64,000 nucleotides of DNA from Octopus vulgaris. Its lineage: Eukaryota. The stretch lies in contig OX597831.1 of assembly GCA_951406725.2 (NCBI GenBank), positions 75,950,001 to 76,014,000 on the forward strand, read 5' to 3'. Below the pieces are notes generated by a model that was not told the DNA's origin, did no database searches, and saw only the letters and a program-made list of their open reading frames with translations. Shown here piece after piece: positions 1-13,435 of the stretch. Each line of letters opens with the position of its first letter. Within the stretch, counting starts at the first letter, position 1. A program made the position numbers and the translations under genes.

Positions 1-115
1 TTCCACTCCAGTAACACACCGATTCCTCTGTTCCAGATAGCTCTCCTGTTATCTTCGAGCAAAGAGTCTAATATCTCATCCGCTCGGCCATTTTGTCTTT
101 TTAATAGACTACTCT
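1..115 (-). pseudogene. Coding-like island, probable C-terminal part of the EVE L gene; runs off the window
   Basis: Open minus frame SSLLKRQNGRADEILDSLLEDNRRAIWNRGIGVLLEW. Assigned by position only; a host exon is not excluded. Confidence 0.35.
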
Positions 116-129
116 GTTATCTCTGACTC

Positions 130-435
130 GTTTCAGCCACTGGACTGCGGCCATGCTGGGGCGTCGCCTTGAAAGAAAGAGTTTAATCGAACAAGTGTAC
201 TTCTTTCTCTTTTTTTTTTTTTTGAAGTCTGGTACTTATTCTATCGATTTTTTTCCTAAACCGCTAAGCTACGGAAACGTAAACACCAACATTGGTTGCC
301 AAGTGACCATGATCATGGGGGTGGGTGGGAGAACACTGGCACAAACACACACACACATACACCACGTACACACACACACGATGGGCTTCTACATAGTTTC
401 CGTTAACCAAATTCACTCAAAACAAAATGAACGGC
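130..435 (-). mobile_element. SINE family B, diverged copy
   Basis: Matches the reverse complement of the family B body and tail (tttcagccactggactgcggccatgctgg...ccgctaag). Confidence 0.75.
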
Positions 436-618
436 CCTAGATTTAAACATTTACTTTAACTCTCATTTTTTACAAAATATTTATATAAAAAAATTGATTT
501 GGGAACACAACAAAAAGCTCCTTTTAAAACTGACGAAAACGTCAGATTCCAAATATTTTCGTTTTTCTGCAAAAAAAAAAAAAATTAAAGTTATAAAAGT
601 TTTATTAGTTTCTTTAAA

Positions 619-1215
619 GTAAGGCAACGAGCTGGCAGAATCGTTAGCACACCGGGCGAAATGCTTAGTGGTATTTCGTCTGTCTTTATGTTTTGAGTTC
701 AAATTCCGCCGAGGTCGATTTTGCCTTTCATCCTTCTGGGGTCGATTAAATAAGTACCAGTTACGCACTGAGGTCGATATAATCGACTTAATCCATTTGT
801 TTGTCCCCATCTGTGTTTAGCCCCTTGTGGGTAGTAAAGAAATAAGAATCGTTAGCACGCCAGAACTGCTTAGCGGTATTTCGTCTGTCTTTACGTTCTG
901 AGTTCAAATTCCACCGAGGTCGACTTTGCCTTTCATCCTTTCGGGGTCAATTAAATAAGTACCAGTTACGCACTGGGGTCGATATAATCAACTCAATCCG
1001 TTTGTCTGTCCTTGTTTGTCCCCTCTGTGTGTAGCCCCTTGTGGGTAGCAAAGAAATAGGTATTTCGTCTGTCTTTACCTTCTGAGTTCAAATTCCACCG
1101 AGATCGACTTTCCCTTTCATCCTTTCCGGGTCGATAAATTAAGTACCAGCTGCGTACTGGATCGATCTAATCGACTGGCCTCTTCCCCAAAAATTGTGCC
1201 TAGAGTAGAAAAGAA
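619..1215 (+). mobile_element. SINE family A (tRNA-derived), tandem multimer
   Basis: Head ggcaacgagctggcagaatcgttagc, B-box-like gagttcaaattcc, and conserved core aggtcgactttgcctttcatcctttcggggtcgat repeated three times. Many near-identical copies in the window. Confidence 0.9.
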
Positions 1216-1302
1216 TACTTTTTATAACGTACTTCCATTCAGTAATTTTCTTCGCTTTCCTTTGTTTTCCACTTCTTCCTCTGTCTCCCTCTATCCATCT
1301 CA

Positions 1303-1368
<66 letters not shown>

Positions 1369-1589
1369 TTACGAAATTCAAAGAATATCATTACTAAAAG
1401 TAAACGATATTTCCAATGCGAAAGTATGTTCTAGCAGTGGTAGGGTTTAGTATTAAAAAAACCAATAACATTAAACAGTATACAACAATATCCAATATTT
1501 AGCCAGTCTTACACAGTAGTTATATATATATATATATTATATGTAATATTTGGAATTTAGTGATACATTTCCTTCATATATAATACCAC

Positions 1590-2300
1590 TTATATATAAC
1601 ACATTCAGCCATTATTCATACGAAATAATTAGCCATACACACAACGTTGCTATATATCTTTAGTCTCGAATCCAGTATTCAGTCAATCACATTTTATCAT
1701 ATATACAACGTCTAGCCATATACATTTAGTCAAACGACATTTAATCATACTCGATATTTAATCATATATATTTAGTCATAAACATTCATTCATATATCAG
1801 TCATTTGTTTCGATAATATACTAAATCATACCCTACTGTCAGTCATCTACATTTAGTCATAAACAGCATATAGTTATTCGCAACACTTAAGGTGGGGAGT
1901 TGGCAGAACCGTAGCACGCCGGGCAAATTGCTTAGCAGGATTTCGTCTGTTCTGAGTTAAAATTCCGCCGAGGTCGATTTTGCCTTTCATTCTTTTGGGG
2001 TCGATAAATCAAGTACCAGTGAAACACTGAAGTCGATATAATCGGCTTGTCCCCCCCCCCCAAAAAAAATTTCAGGCCTTGTGTCTTTAGTAAAACGTAT
2101 CGTTTCCAACATTTAATCCTTTTCGACATTTAGTCACATACTTTTAGTCATGCACAGTATTTAGTCATATCCAACATTTAATCCTACACAATATTCAATC
2201 ATTCATCAGTCACATGTACCACATCTACTTACAAACTAAATCCAGCCCAGCATTCAGTCAGAAACAACATCATATGCTACATTTTGTCATAAAAATTCAT
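1590..2300. repeat. Degenerate minisatellite (cattt/agtcata-like unit), interrupted by a SINE A copy at ~1889-2095
   Basis: Recurrent acatttagtcata, atttaatcata and attcagtca variants. Confidence 0.7.
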
Positions 2301-2409
2301 TCAATCGTGTTTCTCCGCCCCCGCAATCTCACCGCCCCTATTTCTGTATCTATTACTCTCTCCCTCTTTCTCTCCCTCTCAATCTTGAAATTCCGCCGAA
2401 GGGCAAAAA

Positions 2410-2575
2410 CCTAGACAATCTGCTGTCTCTCTTTTTGCTTCATATACTGCCATCTTTGAAAGGGAATCCCTGCTAAGTTTCCTGACTCCAGCGGTCTCCA
2501 ACTGTTCGAGTTGAGGGTCAACATACTTCAACGAGCCTACATGCAGTTATTTCCAGCCACCGTTGCACAAATCCA
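2410..2575 (-). pseudogene. Coding-like island, probable EVE L MTase/C-terminal region
   Basis: Minus frame SLKYVDPQLEQLETAGVRKLSRDSLSKMAVYEAKRETADCL. No diagnostic motif; assigned by position. Confidence 0.35.
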
Positions 2576-3084
2576 CTCCCCCCCCCCCCACCAACAACAA
2601 CACCAATAATAGCCTCTCTTCTTTTCACCCACCATATTTCTCTCTCCCCACCATCTTCACACTATCGTTTTATTCTCGACCACTTCGCAACAAAAAAAGA
2701 TAATTGCACTTATCCCTGTCATTTCGAACTTGATGGATTTGAATCCATGGATGCTTGTTTTCTTTCTTTCTTCTTTCCTTTCTTTATCTCGCTATCTGTT
2801 TGTCTATCTAGCTATTTATCCATCTGTCCATCCTTCTCTCAGTCTATCTACCCAGCCCTCCATCCACCAATTCGCTTATTTCTCTGTGCATCTCTATCTA
2901 AATCTATCCGTCCATATATCTCTCTCTTCTGATTTATAAATTACATCGACGAAGAGAGAAAAAAAAACCTTTGGTAGATTGGAATCAATGAACGAACCTC
3001 TACCTGATTGCCGGACCGGCAAGAAATAGCAACCAAGTCGTCCTCGAATTACACAATACTGTCTAACATTAACATATTTGTATG

Positions 3085-3130
<46 letters not shown>

Positions 3131-3136
<6 letters not shown>

Positions 3137-3517
3137 GTAAGTAGCTTGCTAACCAACCACATGGTTCCGGGTTCAGTCCCACTGCGTGGCATCTTGGGCA
3201 AGTGTCTTCTGCTATCGCCCCGGGCCGACCAATGCCTTGTGAGTGGATTTGGTAGACGGAAACTGAAAGAAGCTTGTCGTATATATGTATATATATATAT
3301 GTATGTGTGTGTTTGTGTGTCTGTGTTTGTCCCCCTAGCATTGCTTGACAACCGATGCTAGTGTGTTTACGTCCCCGTCACTTAGCGGTTCGGCAAAAGA
3401 GACCGATAGAATAAGTACTGGGCTTACAAAGAATAAGTCCCGGGGTCGATTTGCTTGACTAAAGGCGGTGCTCCAGCATGGCCGCAGTCAAATGACTGAA
3501 ACAAGTAAAAGAATAAA

Positions 3518-3519
<2 letters not shown>
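3131..3519 (+). mobile_element. SINE family B (tRNA-derived, CORE-like box, internal microsatellite), young near-complete copy
   Basis: A-box-like tgtgtggtaa, B-box-like ggttcagtccc, CORE-like ggcatcttgggcaagtgtctt, internal (TA)/(TG) run, tail gactgaaacaagtaaaaga. Confidence 0.9.
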
Positions 3520-3572
<53 letters not shown>

Positions 3573-4051
3573 TAGATTAGTGGTACAACAAAACACCAAT
3601 ACTGGAAATAACAGTCGATGCATTTACGACGCTATAGTAAAGCTTCACTGCGTATATACTGGCAAAGACGTGTGAGTGCTACAAACAAGAAAAAATTGTC
3701 TTATCTCTCGGAAGAACATTCGATAAATGGACAACTCAGAATCGGATATTAACACACACATACATGCTCACGCACACACATTATAAGCATTTTAAACATT
3801 AGATCGTGAAGGTGTCCAGATTTTCTTATAAACATACATACACCATCATATTCAATTTTGTTTTCATTTCCCTATATTCTAAGTGGTATGTATATAATTT
3901 TATGAATGCTTGTGCATCTGTTTGTGTGTGTGTGTGTGTATGTGTCTGTCGGTCTATTTATCTATCCATCAATCCATCTGTCCCTCCGACCGTCCGTCTG
4001 TCTGTCTGTCTGTCTATCCATCCATCCATCCATCCATCCATCCATCCATCC

Positions 4052-4120
<69 letters not shown>

Positions 4121-4183
4121 CAACATGGGGAACCATTAATCCAAGTATTTTTTTCTTCTCCTATCTATTCTCTCTCCTAATTT

Positions 4184-4220
4184 CTCTCTGTAGAAGAGCG
4201 TAGGCTCGAAACATGAAAGA
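4184..4220 (+). ncRNA. Degenerate minimal hammerhead-ribozyme-like motif (same family as 32595-32630)
   Basis: ctgtaga-a-gagc gtag gctc-gaaac-atg-aaag. Core is non-canonical and the cleavage triplet is mutated. Confidence 0.45.
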
Positions 4221-4315
4221 ATATATTTTTACAGAGCGTCAAACTAATACACCTTGCTTGTTGTTCCTTCGTCTGTCTGTCTGTCTTTTGTACAATTTTC
4301 AACCATATATACATA

Positions 4316-4377
<62 letters not shown>

Positions 4378-4484
4378 CTTTGATACTTTGATAGGTTTCG
4401 GCCATTATTGGCCCAGGCCATGTCTAACTTAATAGCACCACCTATAACTAGATCTCAAAAAGTCTAAAATGAATGATCAATATA

Positions 4485-4708
<224 letters not shown>

Positions 4709-4769
4709 GTATATATACACACACACACACACATGCATACACATTTTATTTACACACAAATGTATAACC

Positions 4770-4990
4770 CCCTTATGGTACCTACTTTACATGGGAGGAT
4801 TGCTATTGCATGTCTGTTCGTCTTCTGACCGTCGGTAACTTCCTTCAGCCAAAAGACGGAAATACGTAGTCGAGGGTCTAACCTTGATATGTGACTGGTA
4901 TCTCCAACAGCCCAACAGGTTCAGGGTCCCTCTTTCCAATAACTTTACGTCTTCTGGGAGGTTTTCCTTCGCAAAGTCCCTAACTTTCCT
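4770..4990 (-). pseudogene. Coding-like island, probable EVE L methyltransferase region
   Basis: Open frame [58 protein letters not shown] weakly resembles the segment before the second MTase lysine. Confidence 0.45.
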
Positions 4991-5219
4991 GAAACCGTTA
5001 ATTTACCTTTATTTTTTACTTGTTCCAGTCACTGAATCGCTGCCATGATGGAGCATCACCTTTAAAAATTTAGTCGATACCAGTACTTATTTTAAAGTCT
5101 GCTAGTTATATCTGTCTCCATTTGCCGAACTACTAAGTTACTTGGACGCAAATAAATCAACATAAATTGTTATGAGGTGTTCACGCACGCACGCACACAC
5201 ACATACACACACACACACT

Positions 5220-5252
<33 letters not shown>

Positions 5253-5606
5253 ACACACACATACACACACACACACTCACACACACACGCGACGGATTTC
5301 CATTTTCTGTCAACCAAATTCATTCGCAAGGTACTGGTTAGCCCGGGGTTATAAAAGGACGGTTACCCAAGGTGCCATGTAGCAGGGATGAATTGGAAAC
5401 CAGGTGGTTGTAACGTGCGCTTTTTAGCCACACAGCCATTCTTACAAATTTTAGATGTTTACAAGGCAAATTAATTTCCCCTAAGGGGCAGATGCAGAAA
5501 GAAGTTCAGTTTTAATGCATTGCCCAATGGCATAATACACCGCAAATCTTTGTCGGTCACATTTTCTCTCTCGCCCTCTCTCTAGCTATATTTATACATA
5601 TATATA

Positions 5607-5637
<31 letters not shown>

Positions 5638-5657
5638 ACATATATAGATATATATAC

Positions 5658-5695
<38 letters not shown>

Positions 5696-5734
5696 GCATA
5701 GATATACAAACATCAGATAGACCGACTCTATCCT

Positions 5735-6119
5735 TTTATTCTTTTACTTGTTTCATTCATTTGACTGCGGTCATGCTGGAGCTCCGCCTTTAGTTGAATA
5801 AATCGATCCCCGGACTTATTCCCTGTAAGCCTAGTACTTATTCTGTCGGTGTCATTTTGCCGAACTGCTAAGTTACGGGGACGTAAACACATCAACATCG
5901 GCTGTCAAGCGATGGTAGGGAACAAAAACACACACACACGCACACACACACACACACGCACACACACCCACACACACACACACACACACACACTTATATA
6001 TATATATATATATATATATATAGCAGAAGACACTTGCTCAAGGTGCCACATAGTGAGACTGAACCCGGAACCATGTGGTTGAGAAGCAAGCTTCTTACCA
6101 CACAGCCACTCCTGCGCCT
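5735..6119 (-). mobile_element. SINE family B (another diverged copy at ~5015-5440, minus)
   Basis: Reverse complement of the head (cttaccacacagccactcctgcgcc) and tail. Confidence 0.85.
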
Positions 6120-6505
6120 ATGTGAGTATTTACGACAGCGTTACACTGTATATTCTTAAGGGAATCCCTCTCTCCAGCTTCTCCTTGCTCTCTCCTTTTC
6201 TCTTTCCTTACTGGGTGAAGAAGGGCAGTTTCCGAAATGTTATAGCAGTCGACTTATTCCATTTTTCAGAGCGTTACACACAGACATAGATATATACATA
6301 TAATATATACACATACAGACATATGTATAAATACATGTAAATATATACGTGTGTGTATATATTTACATATGTATATATAAACATATATAATTATATATCA
6401 TATATTATATATATTATATATAAGTATATATATATATATATATATATATAAATGTGTGTATCGAAAACGTATGTACATATGCAAGTGTATATATATATGC
6501 ACATA

Positions 6506-6553
<48 letters not shown>

Positions 6554-6599
6554 CACAGACACACATACACAAAGAAACACACACACAGACACACACCAC

Positions 6600-6640
<41 letters not shown>

Positions 6641-6744
6641 CACACACATATAACCTCACCCACATACACACTCCTACACACATGTGTGCGTGTGTGTGTT
6701 TGACAGATTGTGCACGTGTGTCTTACCTTTTAAGCTACTAGTTA

Positions 6745-6915
6745 AATGCAGAGACATCTAAGTCTGAAGTGCTTTGTCCAGGACCCAGAAAAACCGTAGA
6801 ATTATTCCAGGGAGAATACGAACTCAGTAACCATTAGGTTTTGCGTTCGTATCCTGTGTCTGGCAAAGCCCTAGGAGAGTTCGAAACCCTATCCACTCGT
6901 TCATTGTGATATCTC
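6745..6915 (-). pseudogene. EVE L methyltransferase start: first catalytic Lys and SAM-binding glycine loop
   Basis: One minus frame: RALPDTGYERKT*WLLSSYSPWNNSTVFLGPGQS (TGYERK 6840-6857; VFLGPGQS 6771-6794). Resembles the TGAHYK...GxGxG arrangement of mononegaviral MTases. Confidence 0.65.
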
Positions 6916-6919
6916 GGTG

Positions 6920-8600
6920 GTGATTGTTAACTACCATCACCAACGAATACATCACCATCAAAAGCCATTAACAAACCATCAGCATTACCACCATCACCAC
7001 CACCACCACCACCACCATCACCACAACCACCACCACCACCAAAGCCACCACCACCACCACCACCACCACCACCACCACCATCACCACCACCACCACCACC
7101 ACCACCACCACCACCACCACCACCACCACCACCACCACCACCATCACCACCACCACCACCACCACCACCACCACCACCACCACCATCACCGCCACCAAAA
7201 CCACCATCATCACAATAACAGCCAGCAATACAATCAGTAACACCACCAAAACCACCGCCCCACCACACCACCACCATAACGACCACCAATACCATCGCCA
7301 ATACCATTATGAACATGACAAACCTCAAATCAGTGAAACGGACTTTACATGGTCTTTCGGCCTGCTAAAAATAGTAGCCAGTCAAAGCTACTCCATCCTG
7401 TCTACCGCCGCCATCTGGACACTTCCAGTGACAGGTCTGGTCAATCGGGGTTGACCTGGGGTTAAACAACAGCATCAACAGCATGACAACCATAGCTCTC
7501 GTCAATATCACCATGGTAACCCTCGCGGTCAACAACACTAATAGCCAACCGTAATGGCAACCCATCAGCAACCCATCCCACTCCCCCCCAACACTCCTGT
7601 AATATATTTCAACGACACCAGCATGTCCCCTGTTGCGAACCATCATCATCATCATCAACATCATCATCATCATCATGACCATCATCGCGCCATGTCCATC
7701 GTTGCTGCTACTCCCAACTCCACCAACATCACCATCCTTATTCCAGCATCGACATCGATACCAACATCATCGCCACCACCAGAGCTACCACTACCACTAT
7801 CACCGCCACCACCACCACCACCACCACCACCACCACCACTACCATCAAATCCACCAGCATGTCCACAACTGTAACACGTTCATCATCGCCACCACCACCA
7901 CCACCACCACCACCACCATTACCACTATCATCGCCATCACCACCACCACCACCACCACCACCACCACCACCACCACTATCATCATCATCTTCATCGTCAT
8001 CAACATCGTCATCATCGTCATCATCATCATCATCATCATCATCAGCAGCAGCATCATCATCATCACCACCATTCCTACCATCATCATCATATGCACAACT
8101 GTAACACGTTCACCACCTTCATCGCCACCATGATCACCACCATCACAACCAGCACCAGCACCACCACCACCACCACACAACCAGCACCACCACCACCACC
8201 ACCGCCACCGCCACCACTACCACCACCACAACCACGACTACCACCTTTTCACCACTACCACCACCATGTCCACGACTGTAACACAATTTCCATCATCGAC
8301 GGCACCACCATCACCACGACTTCTACTGCAACACCGCCACCCTCATCTTCGCTGTCAAAGCCGCTAACAATATCAACAAACTGGCGCCCACGAATACACA
8401 CACCACCTTGATGACCGCCATCAACCCCGCCACCACGTCATTCATGTCCAGTATTGTAACACCTTACACCGCCAGCATCATCCACCCCGACTCATATGTC
8501 CTCTATTATAACTCCCTCAACATCAACGTCATGAACACCCCACCATCACCATGTGCACAGTTGTAACCATCTGATCATCACCATAGCAACTACCATCCTC
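6920..8600. repeat. (CAC)n/(CAT)n trinucleotide-rich tract with a recurrent catgtccacaactgtaacac motif
   Basis: Seen directly. Source of the spurious poly-His/Pro/Thr ORFs. Confidence 0.9.
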
Positions 8601-9339
8601 ACACGCTCATACATATGAACACGTATCTACCTTACATATACTCTACATAAATATACATACATATACATAGACCTATGTACGTACATACATGTCTATACAT
8701 ATACACATATCTACATAAACACGCATACATGCACACATATACATTCATACAGATTTATATACACACATATGTACATATACGTACTGAAACTTTACAAGAA
8801 AAAAATAAGCGGAAGAGTATAAATATGCAAGTCTTTCCGGAGTGCAGCATGCAACACTTATCGTTGAAGCTGTTCAAATTATGCCGATGGAGATTTGTTT
8901 GTGAGAAAACAACTTCCTTAGAGGAAGAATTCAAATAATCGAAAATACATATATCTTATATACAAGCATATATATAAGCAAACCTGTATGCATTATACAT
9001 ACATTCATATATACACACAATGTTAATTTGTCAAATTGCAACAGATCAAAGAAATGAAACAAAGAATTCGTGGTTCTTACAGAAAGAAAAATGTAAAAAA
9101 AAAGACGAAAAGCAAGATATTACATATACACATATATATATGTATACATACATAATACATACATGCATACACATATATATATATATATATATACATAGAC
9201 ACACACACGAATAAAAAAGAAATGTAAAAAAAACATAATAATGGATTCTTGATCGCATCATGTGGATTTTTATGGATTACAGTACATATGACATAAATTG
9301 ATGAACGTGGATTAATTATTGAGTTCGATCCCTTGGGGG

Positions 9340-9512
9340 TAAGTACATTTCATTAGATATTACTGCTACATCTCACTAAGATCTTTGTTAATATTAGATA
9401 AAACATTAATCGAGATCTTTGCTAGACAAAGCAAAGCACTAGTCGAGATCTTAGTTAACGTTAGAGCACTAATCAAGGTTTTTTTTTTATTAACATTAGA
9501 TAAAACACAGTC
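9340..9512. repeat. Degenerate ~35-bp tandem repeat (gagatctttgttaatattagataaaacattaatc-like), 4-5 copies
   Basis: Repeated agatctt...ttagataaaaca/agcactaatc. Confidence 0.6.
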
Positions 9513-9740
9513 GATGTATATTCAAATGTGAGCATCAGCTTTCTATAAGGTTTATTCAAAAGGATAGCCAGGCCCATGACTACTTTGTAGGGGCCCTCAG
9601 TGACCTGCGGGAGAGAAAAGGGAGAGATCTTGATGTTCTTTCACCAGAAACTTGATCCAAGTGCTTGCTAGAGAGTCAACTTCGATAAAACTATCCCAGG
9701 ATCAGGTGGACGTACCAAACTGGGCAAAAATTCAGTTTAG
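9510..9740 (-). pseudogene. Coding-like island, probable EVE L connector region
   Basis: One minus frame with two stops: LVRPPDPGIVLSKLTL*QALGSSFW*KNIKISPFSLPQVTEGPYKVVMGLAILLNKPYRKLMLTFEY. Confidence 0.45.
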
Positions 9741-10174
9741 CCTACTACAAATGGAACGCATACAGGACATACAAAAGCCTGCCACTTTCCTGGTTCCGCT
9801 TCCTCTATAGCTTGGGCAGACCGCCAACCATGGTGGAAGACATGTTCAAGGAACAATGCTGTGAGCTCGTACCTGAAACTATGACTGCGAAGCAAACTTT
9901 GTAACCATACAGATGTGCTCATGGCCAAAATTTCTGAGCCCAGTATAATTTCTGCTGTATAAAGCCTGCTAAGTGGGTGGTACAATAGATTTCCGTAGGG
10001 TCATATTTGGTGTCGCACCGACACACGCATCTCATTTATCTGCTAATTTGTATTGAGGTCTTTTGTTTTATCTCTGTCCTTAGGACTTTTACAAAATCAT
10101 CGTACACAGGAATACATACATGAATACATTACATTCAGATATACAAGAATAAATATGTACAGAAATATACATGC

Positions 10175-10239
<65 letters not shown>

Positions 10240-10346
10240 CGCGCGTGCGTGCATTTATGTTTATGTTTGTGCATACACTTATATATAGTAACATACACAC
10301 ACGTATGTACACACTTATACACACACGTATATATACACACAAACAT

Positions 10347-10381
<35 letters not shown>

Positions 10382-11435
10382 CAAACATACACACATATAT
10401 ATATACACGAACATACACACACACACACATATATATATATACACAAACATACACACACACATATATATATATACACAAACATACACACACACACACATAT
10501 ATATATACACACACATACACACACACACATACATATATAAAACCTATGCACACTTACATGCTCACAGGCAACATGCTGGTGAATAAAATAGAGCAAAAGA
10601 TCTATTGGGAAGCTGAAACTCGTGACCTAGTTTCGATTTTCAATTGAAGTCATTTCGTTTCACTACAAACGCTCAACAAGAGCAGCAAAAAACCTCTTAC
10701 ATAACTTTCAATAATCATAAGAAGCGTATAAAGATGCAAATACGTTCCTTCAACGATGCTAGCATGTATTGAAAATAATTGATTTTGTGGTTCCAGAAAA
10801 CAGAATCCGCATTCGTATGTAACTCAGTAATTTGATGAAGCAATTCCCCTCTGAACCTTCTTAAATTTATGCAAGGAGTTTAAATTTAAGCGAGTGGTAA
10901 AAAAAGCCAATTAATTCATTAAAGATAACGCTGTAGTCGCGATTACTATAGAGCTAATTTGATATTCTTTGATTCATCAGAAAGGATTGCTAAATCTCTG
11001 TCAAATCACAGAACATAGGCTTAAAAGAGGGACATATTAGTCGGTTTGTTTCTAGATTTACTATGCCTCTAAAGGTAAAGAAGTGATGCCCATGGTTAGA
11101 GCTTATTTGTTCATAGGCCTTCAACAAAAAAATGAAGGTAATATCTGTTAATGCAGTCCTAAATATACTATGCCACCAATAATAAAGACAGGATGGTCAC
11201 AGAGTACCTTAGCTCATACGTCTGTCAGGTTTAGCATTATGTACTCAATAGTTTTGCACATTGGGCAAAAGAGACCGATAGAATATGTACTAGGCTTACA
11301 AAGAATAAGTCCTGGTGGGGTCGATTTGTTCGACTAAAGGCGATGCTCCAGCATGGCCGCAGTCAAGTGACTGAAACAAGTAAAAGAATACTCTTCTTAC
11401 AAGATTTACAATTTTTCTCGAATTAAATGTTTAAG

Positions 11436-11509
<74 letters not shown>

Positions 11510-12009
11510 ATATTTGTGCATAAGATCCTCGAAATTTCCATTTAATAAAAACAACAAAATAAATCTTTATATAAAGACTCGATTGAATACGTTTGAGATA
11601 TTATATCTAGGGTTAATCGTAGGATACCAAAGAAACCTTAGAATGGCAAAAGAATATGAAAAATGAACTCCATCATACGTTGAACAAAAAGTTTGCCAAA
11701 AGCTAAAGATATTTCATAGATATATTTCCATAAATTAAAATTAAGGTATTTAGCTGTATGTCAGGATTTTGCCATTCTAATGTATGGACCTTTTGAATTA
11801 TCGAGAAATGAACTTTGAAACTCAGAAATAAGGTTTTCAAAGAGTAATAACAAAAATCCAAATGTTAACGATATATTAACTGAAAAACCATGGATTCGTG
11901 TCCTTCTTTTCTGTCCTGCAATGCACCAATGGTATGGTGCAATTTAGCTCTTTAATTATTTCTAATCATTACGCTAGAATTGACAACGTAGAATTTACCA
12001 ATACAAGAA

Positions 12010-12240
12010 ATAAAAGAGCCGTGTAGCCCATGAGTATTTCGTTGATATACTATAGGCCAAGACTAAATCAATTCCCGTCTTAAGAATGAATTCTGTTTAG
12101 ATATGTGGTCCCAAGACCTTAAATCTCTCCTAGGTTTATGACCTAAGCAAAACGGCCTCAAGTGGGGCTTTTATATTCCAAGGGGTTTTGAAACTAAAGG
12201 ATCCATTCTATGAATAGGGACATTGTATTACTGGTTAATC
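12010..12240 (-). pseudogene. Coding-like decayed island, possibly EVE L connector
   Basis: PVIQCPYS*NGSFSFKTPWNIKAPLEAVLLRS*T*ERFKVLGPHI*TEFILKTGIDLVLAYSISTKYSWATRL. No diagnostic motif. Confidence 0.3.
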
Positions 12241-12367
12241 GAGATTATGAGTTGCAAAAATATGTAATTAAAAATTTTGGATTGTTAATGGTCTTAAAAA
12301 TGCGCATTCAACGATTTACGCAGAAGTATTTTGAATACACTTTCTGAATGTGTGTGCATGTGTATAC

Positions 12368-12456
<89 letters not shown>

Positions 12457-12599
12457 AAAGAGAGAGCGCTTGGTTTTGCTATTAAGTTCATTAAACAGTT
12501 TTGCCCTTATAAATGTATAAATGTTTGACCAAAATAACTAAAACAAAAAAAAGAAAAACACCTATACATAAAAGAGCAAACAAATGTAAATGAAAAAAA

Positions 12600-13435
12600 C
12601 CTTACCTTACAAAACAAAGACCTCATAAATACATAGATCATAAGTTATCTTTGACTCCAATCGTAAATTGGAAATGTTGTCCAACTGTTATAATTCTTCT
12701 GTCTCCGTCATTTCAATTTTTTTTGTTTGTGTGTGTTTGTTAAAATATCACTTCCTTATCAAACCTTATTCTTTGCCATTCGTTCTAATTGGTCAATTGT
12801 TCATTGTGTCCATCTGTCATTGTCAAAACTAGCTAATATGGTAATCACGAAGAAAGTATAGCTTCGCTGCTCTCGGTCAGTTCAAATCCGATGGCCGGAC
12901 AAACTAAAAATGAAATTGGGACGTAAAGTGACTGGGTTTTAATGTTATATAGGCAAGCTCTACCACCACTGGTCATAGAAAATTAGATCACGTGCTACTT
13001 TTAAACAAAAAAAAAAGATAGACCAGCTAAAAAAAGATAACACAAAACAACATAGGTGGGGATATGGAGGAAAGTGGGAGTAAGAAAGAAAGAGAGAGAA
13101 GCAAAAAATATGGAGAAAGAGAGATACTAAGAGAGAGAGGGAGAGAGAGAGAGAGAAAGAGAGAAGGAGTGAAAGAGAAAGTGAAAGTGAAAGAAGAAAG
13201 CTTGCCGGCCAATAGAAGTGTCGTCGAGGATAGGGGGGAGTCGAATACCCAGAATGCCTAGCGAAGGTCTGCCTATGTTGACTATGTCGTTACCCCCAAA
13301 GTGCTTTGTTTTTGACGGCCCAGTTCTTCATCCCCTTTGCTCTTTGTACCAAGTTGGACTTTGCAAGCTTGAAATGATTGTTAGTCATACTGAAGAGAAC
13401 GTCAAACGGATTTTAAACATAAAGCCAGGTAGGAA
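12600..13435. promoter_or_regulatory. Possible bidirectional promoter with divergent first exons
   Basis: Minus-strand donor AAG/GTAAGG (GT at 12605-12604) and plus-strand donor CAG/GTAGGA (GT at 13429-13430). E-box gatcacgtg ~12987, CCAAT ~13209, (GA)-rich block between them. T-richness switches strand across the region. Confidence 0.4.

Noticed and set aside
619-720. tRNA genes at SINE heads
   Set aside because: A/B-box-like motifs only; no cloverleaf, and always fused to a SINE body.
2702-2722. miR-92-like aattgcactt
   Set aside because: Seed-only match with no complementary arm.
4755-4790. MTase terminal Glu motif (SxExY)
   Set aside because: Needs both a frameshift and a substitution; too forced to count as evidence.
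6917-8411. Poly-His/Pro/Thr ORFs as a structural or metal-binding protein
   Set aside because: Trinucleotide repeat open in all frames; no signal peptide or splice structure.
7858-8570. CRISPR array
   Set aside because: Eukaryotic context, degenerate repeats, low-complexity spacers of uneven length, no cas genes.
9810-9915. Part of ORF 9737-9985 as a gene
   Set aside because: It is a decayed SINE B head on the minus strand.
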